A stretch of 64,000 nucleotides of DNA from Candidatus Methylomirabilia bacterium (GCA_041490825.1 JBGPTW010000004.1:31902-95901); one strand, 5' to 3'; shown: positions 1 to 9,498, numbered from the stretch's first letter. Notes: generated by a model not told the origin, from the sequence alone. Translations and numbers: made by a program.

Positions 1-2
1 GC

Positions 3-155
3 GAGCTCCAGCGCAAGATCACGGAGCAGAGCGGCCAGCAGACGACATACCAGCGCAAGCACACGAACTTGCACTTCGAGGAGTTCGGACTCACGGAAGA
101 ACGCGTGCGTGAAGACCTGGCGTTCGTCTTCGACAAATACGGATTCGCGAGATGA
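3..155 (+). CDS. 3' end of an upstream CDS running off the left edge (frame 3, ends ...FVFDKYGFAR*). Function unknown.
   Basis: An open frame runs from the window edge to the TGA at 153-155. That stop overlaps the ATG of the next gene (ATGA), implying co-transcription. Confidence 0.35.
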   Translation, partial: ELQRKITEQSGQQTTYQRKHTNLHFEEFGLTEERVREDLAFVFDKYGFAR

Positions 156-712
156 ATCGGCACGACTCCAATCCCCGGCGAACGGCGGCCGTGCCGTCTC
201 CTTTCGGATGGATTCCGCTTCCGGTCCGGATGCTGTTCTATGCGGTGGGCTTCCTCGGGCTGGTGCTGGTCGCGCTGCCATGGCTCTTCCATCAGCTCGA
301 CGTATGGGTCCCGGCCGTACACGTCGAGATGGGTTGGTTTCGTATCGTCGGCGTCGTGCTGTTTGTCGTCAGTTTTTCCTTGTACTCGGCGGCCTCGTAC
401 GTCTTGACCCGGCGCGGGAAGGGCGCCTACGTGGAGTTCGACCCGCCCACAGAGCTGGTCGTGGTCGGGCCCTACCGATATGTCCGCAATCCGATCGTCG
501 CGTTTCTCCTCGGAAGCATGCTGGGCGAGGCGCTCAGCTTGTCCTCGACCGGTGTCCTGCTCATGTTCCTGGTCTTCCTGGTCTTGTCACATCTGCAGGT
601 GACGCGTCTGGAGGAACCGCTACTGCGCAAGCGGTTCGGCCGAGCGTATGACGAGTATCGCGCTCACGTGCCACGCTGGATGCCCCGGCTAACTCCATGG
701 AAGGCGCCGTGA
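152..712 (+). CDS. Isoprenylcysteine carboxyl methyltransferase (ICMT) / phospholipid methyltransferase family membrane protein.
   Basis: 186 aa, several TM helices. The C-terminal motif VVVGPYRYVRNPIVAF...EEPLLRKRFGRAYDEY is typical of the ICMT/PEMT family. Confidence 0.7.
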   Translation: MNRHDSNPRRTAAVPSPFGWIPLPVRMLFYAVGFLGLVLVALPWLFHQLDVWVPAVHVEMGWFRIVGVVLFVVSFSLYSAASYVLTRRGKGAYVEFDPPTELVVVGPYRYVRNPIVAFLLGSMLGEALSLSSTGVLLMFLVFLVLSHLQVTRLEEPLLRKRFGRAYDEYRAHVPRWMPRLTPWKAP

Positions 713-829
713 CGCCGGCCAGGCTCAGGGGCGATCGCATGCGGCTCCTCCTCCGCCTGGCCCTGCTCGGGCTCCTGCCCTCTCTGCCATCTATGAGAAC
801 GGATTCCCCTGTCAAGGCACTTCTGTTTA

Positions 830-1456
830 TCCTCTGCTCTCCTCTCGTCGTTGACGATGACTGCTCGTGATGTGCGCGCCGCTCGGGTGCCGTCGCAAGA
901 TTCCACTATCCATCTAATCGCGCACGCAGGCTCGGTGATGTGGCAGAACATCCGGTGCTCGATCTTATTCCATTTTGCTGGTGCCGGGCGGAAGGTGGCA
1001 CACGGAAATGCGCAGCCCCGTGTCGTGGGCGAGCCGTTGCAGTACCACCTTCCAGAGTCGGGCGCGGGCGCTGTTGCTCCCGCCGGCGTCCGCGGTGATG
1101 AGCAAGTCGGTCGCCGTCGGGTACCGCCGGCGGCCCATCTTCCGCCACCACTGCTGGATGGACTGGACGGCAAACTCGGGCGTGTCGTGATCCACGCCGA
1201 CACTGACCCAGCCGGTGTTCGCCCCGAGATCGTAGACCCCGTAGGGGATCGCCTTGCCGAGGGTCGGATCGACGAAGTCATGTACGCGTACGACCTCCGG
1301 TGCCCCGGCCGGGCGCCACTCTCGCCCCCCGTTCTTGAAGTCCCCGATCAGTTCCTTCTTCTTCGTGTCCACGGAAATGACCGGCTGCCGACGCCGATCG
1401 CCGCAACAGGACGCATCCACCGACAAAGTGCTCCGCACCGGACGAAAACATGACAA
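830..1456 (-). mobile_element. C-terminal fragment of an ISAzo13-like (IS630-related DDE) transposase. It is frameshifted and 5'-truncated, so a pseudogene.
   Basis: ORF 965..1456 reads ISVDTKKKELIGDFKNGGREW...ITADAGGSNSARARLWK...CHLPPGTSK. It continues in another frame (ORF 664..1281) as WNKIEHRMFCHITE. No N-terminal half is present. Confidence 0.65.
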
Positions 1457-1465
1457 TGTTGTTTC

Positions 1466-2374
1466 TTGACGGTTCCTAACCTCCTACACGTGGAGACCCT
1501 CCGCGCCCTCCTCGTCTCGGTACGCCCGCGGCAGTGGGTCAAGAATTTCTTCGTGTTCGCGGGCGTGGTCTTCGCCCAGAAGCTCTTTACGCCCGCGTTC
1601 GGGGTCGCCTGTGCGGCGTTCACGATCTTCTGCGCCCTCTCGGGCGCCATCTATCTGCTCAACGACGTTGCCGATCGCGAGCGTGACCGGCTAGATCCGA
1701 AAAAGTGCCAGCGGCCGATGGCCGCCGGACGGCTCGGCGTGGGCACGGCGACGGGGACGGCGGTGGCCCTGATCGTCCTGAGCCTGGGCGCCGCGGTTCT
1801 GCTGTCGTGGGCTTTCCTGCTGACGGCCGTGGCGTATGCGGGCCTGCTCATCGCGTATTCCGTTTGGCTCAAGCAGGTCGTGATCGTGGACGTGCTGGTC
1901 ATCGCGGCGGGCTTCGTGCTGCGCGCGGTCGCCGGCGCGGTTGCGATCAACGTCGAGATGTCCGGGTGGCTCCTCATCTGCACCATCGAGCTGGCGCTCT
2001 TCCTGGCGCTCGGGAAGCGGCGCTACGAGTACCTGACACTGGCCGACGCCGCGGTCGCCCACCGGCCGATCCTGGCCGAGTACAACCCGGCGCTCCTCGA
2101 CCAGATGATCGCGGTCGTCACCGCCTCGACCCTGACCGCCTACGCCCTCTACACGATGTCGCCGGAGACCGTGGCGAAGTTTCACACGCGCCTGCTCCCG
2201 GCCACGCTGGTCTTCGTCCTCTACGGGATCTTCCGCTACCTGTACCTCCTCTACCGGCGCCAGCTGGGTGGCCATCCGGCCGAGCTCTTCATGAGCGACC
2301 GGACGCTCCTGGTGAACGCCGTGCTGTGGACTCTCTCGGTGCTGCTCATCATCTACGGCGCGCCGCTGGAGTGA
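1466..2374 (+). CDS. UbiA-family prenyltransferase, decaprenyl-phosphate phosphoribosyltransferase (DPPR synthase)-like.
   Basis: 302 aa polytopic protein. N-terminal RPRQWVKNFFVFAGVVFA, and the NDVADRERDR Asp-rich motif of UbiA enzymes. Confidence 0.75.
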   Translation: MTVPNLLHVETLRALLVSVRPRQWVKNFFVFAGVVFAQKLFTPAFGVACAAFTIFCALSGAIYLLNDVADRERDRLDPKKCQRPMAAGRLGVGTATGTAVALIVLSLGAAVLLSWAFLLTAVAYAGLLIAYSVWLKQVVIVDVLVIAAGFVLRAVAGAVAINVEMSGWLLICTIELALFLALGKRRYEYLTLADAAVAHRPILAEYNPALLDQMIAVVTASTLTAYALYTMSPETVAKFHTRLLPATLVFVLYGIFRYLYLLYRRQLGGHPAELFMSDRTLLVNAVLWTLSVLLIIYGAPLE

Positions 2375-2716
2375 GACGAGGCCCATGAAGAGCCAGGTTG
2401 CGGTGCTCCGGACGCGCCCCGAAACCGTCGTCGAGGACTACGGGCAGCTCATGCGGCTGGCGCGATACGATCGGGCGCCGCGCGACGAGGACCTCGTCCT
2501 CAAGGTGAACCTCTCGTGGACGCTAGGCCCCGTTCGCCTCGAACGTGTACACGATCCTCTTCTGGTACCCGACGATGGGCCGCGCCCGCATCCGGCGCTT
2601 CGCGGCGTCCGTGCGGGGCCGCCTGTTCGAGCGTTACTGAGGCTCGGCGGCACACATCCCAGCGCGTGGAGACGGGCCACGCGGAAGGGGACTCCCCGCG
2701 CCGCGTGTCGACGCCC

Positions 2717-3415
2717 CTACGCCGTTGCCGCGGTCGCCCTTCTCTCGGCGGAGATCTGCCGGATCAGCCTGGTGAGGAGCAGGACGCCGCACACCCGCAT
2801 GAGGGGCATCAGCAAGAGAATGAGGAGGGCCGGGACCGAGCTCGTGGCGGCCAGCCAGTCGGATCGCGTCACGAGATTGAAGAAGAAGGAAAGGGCGAAG
2901 ATCCTCGGAAGCAGCCCCAGGAAGCTGCCGAGGAGATAGTCGGGCAGGCTGACGGCGGTGGCGCCGACGGCATAGTCGATGGCGGGAGCGAACGGAAACA
3001 CGAGCCGGAGTCCCATCGAAGGTAGCGGTCCTCGCCGCGACGCCAGCGTCCGAAACGCCGGGAGACGCCGTTCCAGGATCCGGCTGCCCAAGTCGCGCAG
3101 CACGTATCGCCCGATGAGGAACGCAAGCGCCGCGCCGGCCGTGATCCCGGCCATCGAATACAGGGCTCCGCCCAGGCGGCCGAAGGCCAGCCACCCGATC
3201 CACACGCTGATCGACGTGGGGGCGCACGCGACGACGCCCAAGGCCGTCAGCGCCAAGAACAACGGCGGCGCCGCGGCGCCCAGACCCTGGACGAAGGAAT
3301 TGACGCGCTCGGCCTGGACCTGCCAATCGACCGTCAGATTGATCGCCACGAGCACGGAACCGCCGAGGACCAGGGACACCAGCGCCCAAACGATCGAGCG
3401 CCGCGAGACCCGCAA
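2717..3415 (-). CDS. DedA / TVP38 / TMEM64 family membrane protein.
   Basis: 232 aa with multiple TM segments and a DedA-like core (LAFGRLGGALYSMAGITAGAALAFLIGRY). Confidence 0.65.
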   Translation of the reverse strand: MRVSRRSIVWALVSLVLGGSVLVAINLTVDWQVQAERVNSFVQGLGAAAPPLFLALTALGVVACAPTSISVWIGWLAFGRLGGALYSMAGITAGAALAFLIGRYVLRDLGSRILERRLPAFRTLASRRGPLPSMGLRLVFPFAPAIDYAVGATAVSLPDYLLGSFLGLLPRIFALSFFFNLVTRSDWLAATSSVPALLILLLMPLMRVCGVLLLTRLIRQISAERRATAATA

Positions 3416-3539
3416 GAGCCGCCCATCGACATCGGGTGACCGGCTTCCTGGCGGGCTCGGCGGCCGCGGTTCGGCGTCATTCTCGAAGCCTGCCCTGATG
3501 GCGGGGCCTCCTCCTACCAGCTCACCTCGCCCATTCGCG

Positions 3540-4214
3540 CTAGGCGAGTCCCGGTTCGTAGCCGTGGTAGGTGAGCGCCGGCTGGAAGCGTCGCTGGAGC
3601 GTCGCTTCGACGCGCTTCAATTCCGGAAGAACGCCCGGTCGGCGAGGACGGATCCACGGCGCGTAGTCCACCGTGTGGAAGGGCGTTTCGCCGAGAAAGC
3701 GGAAGATCATCGCCATCTGGCCTTCGGGGTCCCGGCACAGATCCTCGTAGCGCAGTGAGATGTAGTCGCCATCGCGGAGCTCGGTGATGTGCCGGATATA
3801 GTAGCTCGCTCGTTGCGCGATCCGCCGGACCATCAGGCGCCGCCCCAGCTGCATGGGCGAGTCGGGCTTCAGCAGCCAGCGCATGAAGCCCGCAAACGCC
3901 CTGTTGCGCTGGAGCCGGACGTAGATTCGCGAGTGGAGCTGGTTGATCACGTTGTCTTCGCCCCAGTTCCGCCGCGTCATCTGCAGCATGGAATTGAGGG
4001 TGGAGAGCGGATGCCGGTGGATGAACACGAAGACACCTCGCTGGAGGAGATGATGCTCCTCCCAGGAGGTGGGCATGGGCAGACGCAAGAGAGACAGGAA
4101 GTCTCTAGCGAGCGCCGCGGCGTCGGCGAACGCTGACAACGGGCGCGAGCCGCCGTGCCTCGGACCGCAGCGTCTGGATCGAATCGTTCGCCACACCTCC
4201 TCGTGGAGGTACAA
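3540..4214 (-). pseudogene. Sulfotransferase family protein. The N-terminus including the PAPS 5'-PSB loop is missing. It is truncated where it meets an IS110 remnant.
   Basis: Sulfotransferase C-terminal signature (...ISLRYEDLCRDPEGQMAMIFRFLGE...). The frame is closed by TAA at 4263-4265 immediately upstream. The apparent start is TTG. Confidence 0.55.
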
Positions 4215-4261
4215 CGATGCGACGAGCCGGGGGTCATCAACCAGACGGGGAAACGCGAGTC

Positions 4262-4341
4262 CTTACGATCAACTGGCCCCCCTCGGCGAGGATACAGATC
4301 TGGCGTTCCTTCTTGTGGAGGTCGATGCCAACATGATCCAT
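4262..4341 (-). mobile_element. IS110-family transposase N-terminal remnant (about 27 codons).
   Basis: Reverse strand from ATG 4341 reads MDHVGIDLHKKERQICILAEGGQLIVR, the characteristic IS110 N-terminus (MxxVGIDxxK). It ends at a stop after about 39 codons. Confidence 0.5.
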
Positions 4342-4594
4342 GGCTCGCTTCTCCTCTCTGCGGCGTTGACCGCGTGTATGCTCTTGTAGGGTACCCTATG
4401 CCACCACGTCGAGCGAGAAAGGCCAGCCGCTTCATCCCATCTATCGCCCCTCGAACGGAAGCGAGCCTGCGCAACGTGATGACCGCTAGCTGGAACGAAT
4501 AACGACAAAGGGAAGGATCACGAACATACCAAGACTGCTCGCCCCCGAAGAGAAGAAGGAGATCTATCCGCGCGACATCGGCCGTACGCCCCTC

Positions 4595-5452
4595 GTGATG
4601 AAGGACCTGGCGGGCTCGTGCGTCAACGTTCCCGGCGTGTGGCCCATGTGCGAAGCGCCGTACATGCTGGAGCAAGGGCTCGCCTCACCCTCCCGCCTCG
4701 ACCTGATCGCCAGACGCTTCATCCGCATGGGTCCCTGCAAGACGCTGGACACGATCGGGGTCCCGTTGTTCACGAGCATCGGCCGGAACACCATCGACGG
4801 GTTTGCCTTCGACCTCCGCGTCCCCGAGCTGTGCCATAAGCTGATCCGAGACGGCCGCCTCGGCAGGTCCGCCAACCAGGGCGTCTATCTGTATCGTGAC
4901 GACCGGCCGGTCGACGACGCGCCGGAATACTATCTGACGCAGACGCCGCCTCCCTCTGGCGTGCGCTCGGACGACGCGAGCGTGTCCGAGCGGCTGATGT
5001 TTTCGATCTACTTCGCGATCCTGAAGATCGCGAGCATGGGGCTGTCCAGTGTCGGCGACCTCTGCCTAGGGATCACCGATCTGCTCGGCCTGAAGACGGA
5101 CCCGCTGGAAGAGCTGAGAAAGCTGGGAAGCGCCGGCCTGCGGGACGAGTTCGACCGTCTGCGGGCCGAGCCGGGGCCCCGCTATGGACTGCCGCCCGCT
5201 GGCGTCGATCATGGCCAGCCTGGACGACCGGTGACGTACCGCTTCGTGATCGCGGCCGTCCTCAACTGGATGGTGGTGGGCGCGCTGTTCGCCGTCGGGA
5301 TCCGCTATCTGGCTTCGAAGCGGGTCATGATCTACCACCTCCAGATCCTGGACGTGGCCTGGACCGACCTGACGCCGCGAACCCGGATCCTGATGCTGAC
5401 CTTGATGAAGGGAACGGCCCAGATCGCCCCACCCATGAGCGGAGACCGGTGA
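4595..5452 (+). CDS. Hypothetical protein. The N-terminal ~90 aa resemble the C-terminal domain of 3-hydroxyacyl-CoA dehydrogenase (no NAD-binding domain), followed by an uncharacterised hydrophobic C-terminal part.
   Basis: MGPCKTLDTIGVP...LIRDGRLGRSANQGVYLYRD resembles the 3HCDH C-domain (MGPFxLxDxVGLD...GxKxGxGFYxY). Its stop overlaps the next start (GTGA at 5449-5452). Confidence 0.4.
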   Translation: MMKDLAGSCVNVPGVWPMCEAPYMLEQGLASPSRLDLIARRFIRMGPCKTLDTIGVPLFTSIGRNTIDGFAFDLRVPELCHKLIRDGRLGRSANQGVYLYRDDRPVDDAPEYYLTQTPPPSGVRSDDASVSERLMFSIYFAILKIASMGLSSVGDLCLGITDLLGLKTDPLEELRKLGSAGLRDEFDRLRAEPGPRYGLPPAGVDHGQPGRPVTYRFVIAAVLNWMVVGALFAVGIRYLASKRVMIYHLQILDVAWTDLTPRTRILMLTLMKGTAQIAPPMSGDR

Positions 5453-6795
5453 GCCAGCTCTGCAGCGCCGTGGTTCGCCGGGGCTTTCGCTGGCTCAGCC
5501 GCGGTCTGCTCGCCCTGAGCCGGCTCCTGTACAAGCTGGAGATCGAAGGCGGGGAGAACCTCCCCGCGACGGGCCCGGTCATCCTCACCTGCCGGCACAA
5601 CTCGGGCTTGGACATCATCTTCTTCGCGGCGTTGGGCTTCATGACGGGTGAAGTGCCCCTTGCCGTGACGGGCGTCATCACCGTGAACCGCTTCCGGGCG
5701 TGGTTGGGCCGGAATCTTGGATTGGTTCCCTTGTTCCGGGAACAAGGCCTGTCGGCCGCTTCCCTCATGAGCCTGCACAAGAAATTGCGGCAGGGGGGTA
5801 TGGTCTTCATCGCCGACAACGAGATCCCCTGGGACGGCCGCCTCCGGACGCCCCGCTCCGGGGTCGCTTGGTGCGCCTTGCGCACTCATGCCCCGGTCGT
5901 CGTGGCGGTGCTCAATGGGGGCTACCGGATCGCTCCGCGCTGGGCCCAGCGGATTCCCCTGCGCGGAAAGCTGGCGCTGCGCATCGGGAAGCCGTTCCAT
6001 CTCTCCGACGCTCCGTGCGACCGAGTGACCAATGAGATGTTGCAGGCGGCCAACCGGCGTTTCGTCGACGAGATGCTGGCGCTTTCCGACCCCGCGCTGG
6101 TCAGCGAGGAGCACCCCAGATGCAAGGGCATCCCGAGCCTCCTGTGGCAATGCCCGATCTGTCACGAGGACGAGGCCCTCTACCACCGGACGCCCTGGTC
6201 CAAGCCCGCGGAGGTCCAGTGCCGCCACTGTGGGACCGGCTGGGTCGTGGAGCGGTTCCGGGACGATGATTATCACCTGAAGGTCGTGCAGGGAAACCCG
6301 ACGACGCTCGGCCAGGAGCGCTCGTTGGCCGCCTGGTACGACGTCATGAAGGCCGGGTTACGGCTGGTGCCGCAGGAAGACCCGGCGGTGGCTCTGGACG
6401 CCGGTGAAGAGCTCTACCTCCGCAGCCGGGAGGCGTGGCTGGAGGTAGAGGCGGACAATCCGCTTTTCCGCCACTGGGACGGCGAGGACGCTCCGCGGGA
6501 GCAGGCGAGCAACCTCGGCCCGAGCCTCATGACGCGCTGGGATCGCGGGCGGCTGTTCTTGACGAGCGAGCGGTTCATCTGGGTGGGCCGTCGCGGCCGG
6601 CTGAACTTTCCGCTCACCAAGCTGCACTCCACCCACCTCCAGACCATCCTGTTCTTCGGCTTCCTGTACGGAGTGCGCCGGTACCGCTTCAGCTTTCGAG
6701 GGGATAGCCTGCTGAGATGGCTGACGTACACCGCGCTGGTCGCGCAACGCGTCGAGCAGATCCACGGCCATCGCATCAGCACGACCAACTACTGA
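5449..6795 (+). CDS. Lysophospholipid / 1-acyl-glycerol-3-phosphate acyltransferase (PlsC/LPLAT family) with a ~250 aa C-terminal extension containing a CxxC...CxxC zinc ribbon.
   Basis: HxxxxD acyltransferase motif (CRHNSGLD), FIADNEIPWDGRL and PVVVAVLNGGYRIAP blocks. C-terminal extension has CPICHEDE...CRHCGTGW. Confidence 0.75.
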   Translation: MSQLCSAVVRRGFRWLSRGLLALSRLLYKLEIEGGENLPATGPVILTCRHNSGLDIIFFAALGFMTGEVPLAVTGVITVNRFRAWLGRNLGLVPLFREQGLSAASLMSLHKKLRQGGMVFIADNEIPWDGRLRTPRSGVAWCALRTHAPVVVAVLNGGYRIAPRWAQRIPLRGKLALRIGKPFHLSDAPCDRVTNEMLQAANRRFVDEMLALSDPALVSEEHPRCKGIPSLLWQCPICHEDEALYHRTPWSKPAEVQCRHCGTGWVVERFRDDDYHLKVVQGNPTTLGQERSLAAWYDVMKAGLRLVPQEDPAVALDAGEELYLRSREAWLEVEADNPLFRHWDGEDAPREQASNLGPSLMTRWDRGRLFLTSERFIWVGRRGRLNFPLTKLHSTHLQTILFFGFLYGVRRYRFSFRGDSLLRWLTYTALVAQRVEQIHGHRISTTNY

Positions 6796-6893
6796 ACCAG
6801 CCGCGGGCGCCCGCCCGGCGCTCCTCCGCCGCCACGCCACTGACCGCCGCGATCTGAGCCGAGGCGAACCCCGCGGCCCTCGCATCGCCGCCT

Positions 6894-8237
6894 TCAGTCT
6901 GGCGACGAACGGGTCCCCGCCAGGGCAGACGACATGGTCGACTCCGGAGGGATCTGATACCGCTCCGTGTACCAGGAGAATTTGTCGTCGATCATCTGGC
7001 GATCGAGCCCGAAGAGCTCCAAATTGTACCGGTGTTCGCCGTGCTTGTGCTGGGGATGCGCTTTCAGCCACGCCGTTGCCCGCGCTTCGAACTCGGGGGT
7101 GTAGGGGTAGCCGAAGTGCGCGTACAGGCGCTGCACCGCTCCGAGCGGATCCGCGACCAGCTCCTGGTAACGCATATCGTAGATACGGCCTGGCTCGGCG
7201 TGCGCTCGCGCCGCCTCGACGCGCCGCAGCGCCTCCGCGACCCAACTGATCACCACCGGCCCCACGGCGCCGCGCCGTGCCGGGTCTTCGGTCATCGAAT
7301 CATCCGTCATCAGATGATGGATGACACCCAGGAAGCTACACATTGATCCAATGGCACGGGACGGGTCGCGGTGAATCAGGACGATGGCCGCATCCGGGAA
7401 GACCGTCAGCAGCGCCTCGATCGCGTACGAGTGGATCGGCGCCTTCAACAACCAGTGCCCGTCGTGGGGCCGCCGCCAGTGGAGAAGTTGCAATTGCTCA
7501 CGGTACTCGCAGTAGGCTGCCTCGAAGACCTTGGCGGGCTGTCGCAGAAACCAATCGCGATATATCGGAGATACCTGCGCTGCAAGAACAAACGTGTTCA
7601 GCAGGAGCAAAACGCATTCTTCCGGCCCCTCCGGGTCAAGGTCGTGGATCTTGCGCAACCCGGGAGCCATGAACGTGAGCACTTTGGCGAAACGCTGGGC
7701 GTGTTTGATCCGCGGATCGCGGCCCCGGTCGATGTCCGCGGGACGCCGCGCTGGCATCATCGTTTCCCAGGCCAGGAGCGGACGGGCATGCGGATCCTGC
7801 GCCAGCAGCTTGTGCAGGAAGGTCGTTCCCGTGCGTGCCAAGCTGGCAATGAAGATCGGTCGTCGAATCGATACGCACAAAATCTCAGGGTGTCGCTTCA
7901 ACTCGTTCGTGATCAGGAGGCGGTTCACCAATGCGCTGAATATTTTGCGCCGTATCGTGAGACGGGCGAAGCACTTGAGCCCGCTCTCTTCGTTATGTGA
8001 TTGGATGAGCGTTCGCAGCGGGATCCGAAATCCGTCACCACCGAAATCCGAGAGACCGGTTTTCCGCTGGGCGGCACGCAGCAGGCTTTCTTCAGAAAGC
8101 CGGTCAATCGGAGCTCCGAGCGCCCGAAGCGCCCCTCCCGCGGCGTTCAGAAGCGTGACGATTCCAGAAACCAGCGCCGGCAACTGGGAACGCCCCGCTC
8201 GCTGTGGATGGCTCATGACGGTGGGTGGCGGGCACAA
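6894..8237 (-). CDS. Sulfotransferase (Sulfotransfer_3-like, PAPS-dependent).
   Basis: The 5'-PSB loop LARTGTTFLHKLLAQDP is present, and the C-terminal region is sulfotransferase-like. Confidence 0.75.
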   Translation of the reverse strand: MCPPPTVMSHPQRAGRSQLPALVSGIVTLLNAAGGALRALGAPIDRLSEESLLRAAQRKTGLSDFGGDGFRIPLRTLIQSHNEESGLKCFARLTIRRKIFSALVNRLLITNELKRHPEILCVSIRRPIFIASLARTGTTFLHKLLAQDPHARPLLAWETMMPARRPADIDRGRDPRIKHAQRFAKVLTFMAPGLRKIHDLDPEGPEECVLLLLNTFVLAAQVSPIYRDWFLRQPAKVFEAAYCEYREQLQLLHWRRPHDGHWLLKAPIHSYAIEALLTVFPDAAIVLIHRDPSRAIGSMCSFLGVIHHLMTDDSMTEDPARRGAVGPVVISWVAEALRRVEAARAHAEPGRIYDMRYQELVADPLGAVQRLYAHFGYPYTPEFEARATAWLKAHPQHKHGEHRYNLELFGLDRQMIDDKFSWYTERYQIPPESTMSSALAGTRSSPD

Positions 8238-8242
8238 ATACG

Positions 8243-9247
8243 CTACGGCAGGCTCCCTTCAGCTACTCCCCAGGTCATGGCGCTCATCGCCCACGAGTAC
8301 CCGACACCGAATCCGGCCATCACGCACCTCTGGCCAGGCCGGAAGAGTCCCCGATCCATGCCGCGACGAATCAAGAGAGGAATCGAAGCGCTCACCGTGT
8401 TGCCGACATCCTCAACATCGATGGGCAGTTTCTCATCTGGAATCTTCATCACCGCCTGCAGGCGTTGCAACAGGAAGCGATTTGCCTGGTGGAACAAGAA
8501 CAGGTCTACCTCGTCCCACCCAACTTCCAGCCGGTCCAGTAGCTGCTGGATACCAACCTTGACGGCAGACAGCGTAAAGCTGAAGACCTCCGGCCCGTTC
8601 ATGTAAAGATAGGTGTCACCTCTGGCGCTGCTTTTTGGCAACCGTGCGCCACCGGCACGGACAATGAGATTGCTTGCGCCCCTCCCATCGGTCCCGACCA
8701 CCGTTGGCCCCAGGGTGCCGATGCTCCCGGCGGGCGCTGCGCTGATGAGGGCGGCCGCCCCGGCGTCGCCAAAGATCGGCGCGGTTGTGAGGTCATCGGG
8801 ATCGCAGTATTTCGAGTACGTGTCAGCAACGATGAGCAGCACGTTGCTGACAGCGTTCGATAGTATGAGCGAACGTGACAGCCAGAGACCATACGTGAAG
8901 CCAGAGCAGCCGAGATTGTAGTCGAACGCGCCACAATGTGTGGGCAGTCCCAACCGTTCCTGGAGCAGGCAAGCCGTAGTCGGCAAGAAGAAGTCAGGGG
9001 ACTGCGTGCAGAAGATGAGGGCCCCGATCGTGTCCCGGTCGACCGAGAGCTCGTCCAGGAGTCGTTCTGCCGCGCGGTATCCCAAGTCGCCGGCGGTCTG
9101 ATCAACCGAGGCGATTCGCCGGCTACGGATACCCGTCTTCTCGTAGAACTTGGCCGGATCCCAGGTCCGATGAACGGCGGCCAAGTCCTCGTTCCTACGG
9201 ACCTGCTCGGGCAGACAATACTGAATCCCCCGTAGGTAGGCGCTCAT
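8243..9247 (-). CDS. fabH: 3-oxoacyl-ACP synthase III (FabH-like KAS III).
   Basis: 334 aa. Cys-His-Asn triad in context: GCSGFTYG, FLFHQANRF, VGNTVSASIPL. The ATGA overlap with the upstream ACP gene at 9244-9247 suggests co-transcription. Confidence 0.8.
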   Translation of the reverse strand: MSAYLRGIQYCLPEQVRRNEDLAAVHRTWDPAKFYEKTGIRSRRIASVDQTAGDLGYRAAERLLDELSVDRDTIGALIFCTQSPDFFLPTTACLLQERLGLPTHCGAFDYNLGCSGFTYGLWLSRSLILSNAVSNVLLIVADTYSKYCDPDDLTTAPIFGDAGAAALISAAPAGSIGTLGPTVVGTDGRGASNLIVRAGGARLPKSSARGDTYLYMNGPEVFSFTLSAVKVGIQQLLDRLEVGWDEVDLFLFHQANRFLLQRLQAVMKIPDEKLPIDVEDVGNTVSASIPLLIRRGMDRGLFRPGQRCVMAGFGVGYSWAMSAMTWGVAEGSLP

Positions 9248-9492
9248 GATAACTTGCCAGCGGCCGAGAGAAGATCGAGGATGCCTTGCACGGACTGCAC
9301 CTTGCTCGTTTCGCTTGGATTCAGGTGAACCTCAAACTCGGTGTTCAACCAATAGAGCACGTTCATGGTACCCATCGAGTCCCAGGCTATGAGGTCGCGG
9401 GACGTGGTATCCTTCTCAATGGCTTCCGGATCGACCGCGAGCACTTCCGCAAGCTTGCGCATGACCTCTTCTTTGGAACACATTTCAGGCAT
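9244..9492 (-). CDS. Acyl carrier protein-like (phosphopantetheine carrier), with a DSM-type attachment site.
   Basis: 82 aa, acidic. DLIAWDSMGTMNVLYWL resembles the DSL serine motif of ACPs. Confidence 0.55.
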   Translation of the reverse strand: MPEMCSKEEVMRKLAEVLAVDPEAIEKDTTSRDLIAWDSMGTMNVLYWLNTEFEVHLNPSETSKVQSVQGILDLLSAAGKLS

Positions 9493-9498
9493 GTGCCG

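Noticed and set aside
109-651. Long ORFs in alternative frames or antisense to confident genes. Examples: 109..651, 664..1281 (upstream part), 1691..2386, 2634..3389, 13537..14373, 15152..15967, 43719..44555, 47185..48798, 51593..52969, 62131..63201.
   Set aside because: In a ~68% GC genome, stop-free off-frames are common. These have Arg/Pro/Gly-rich low-complexity translations and no motifs, and they overlap strongly supported genes, so I treated them as spurious.
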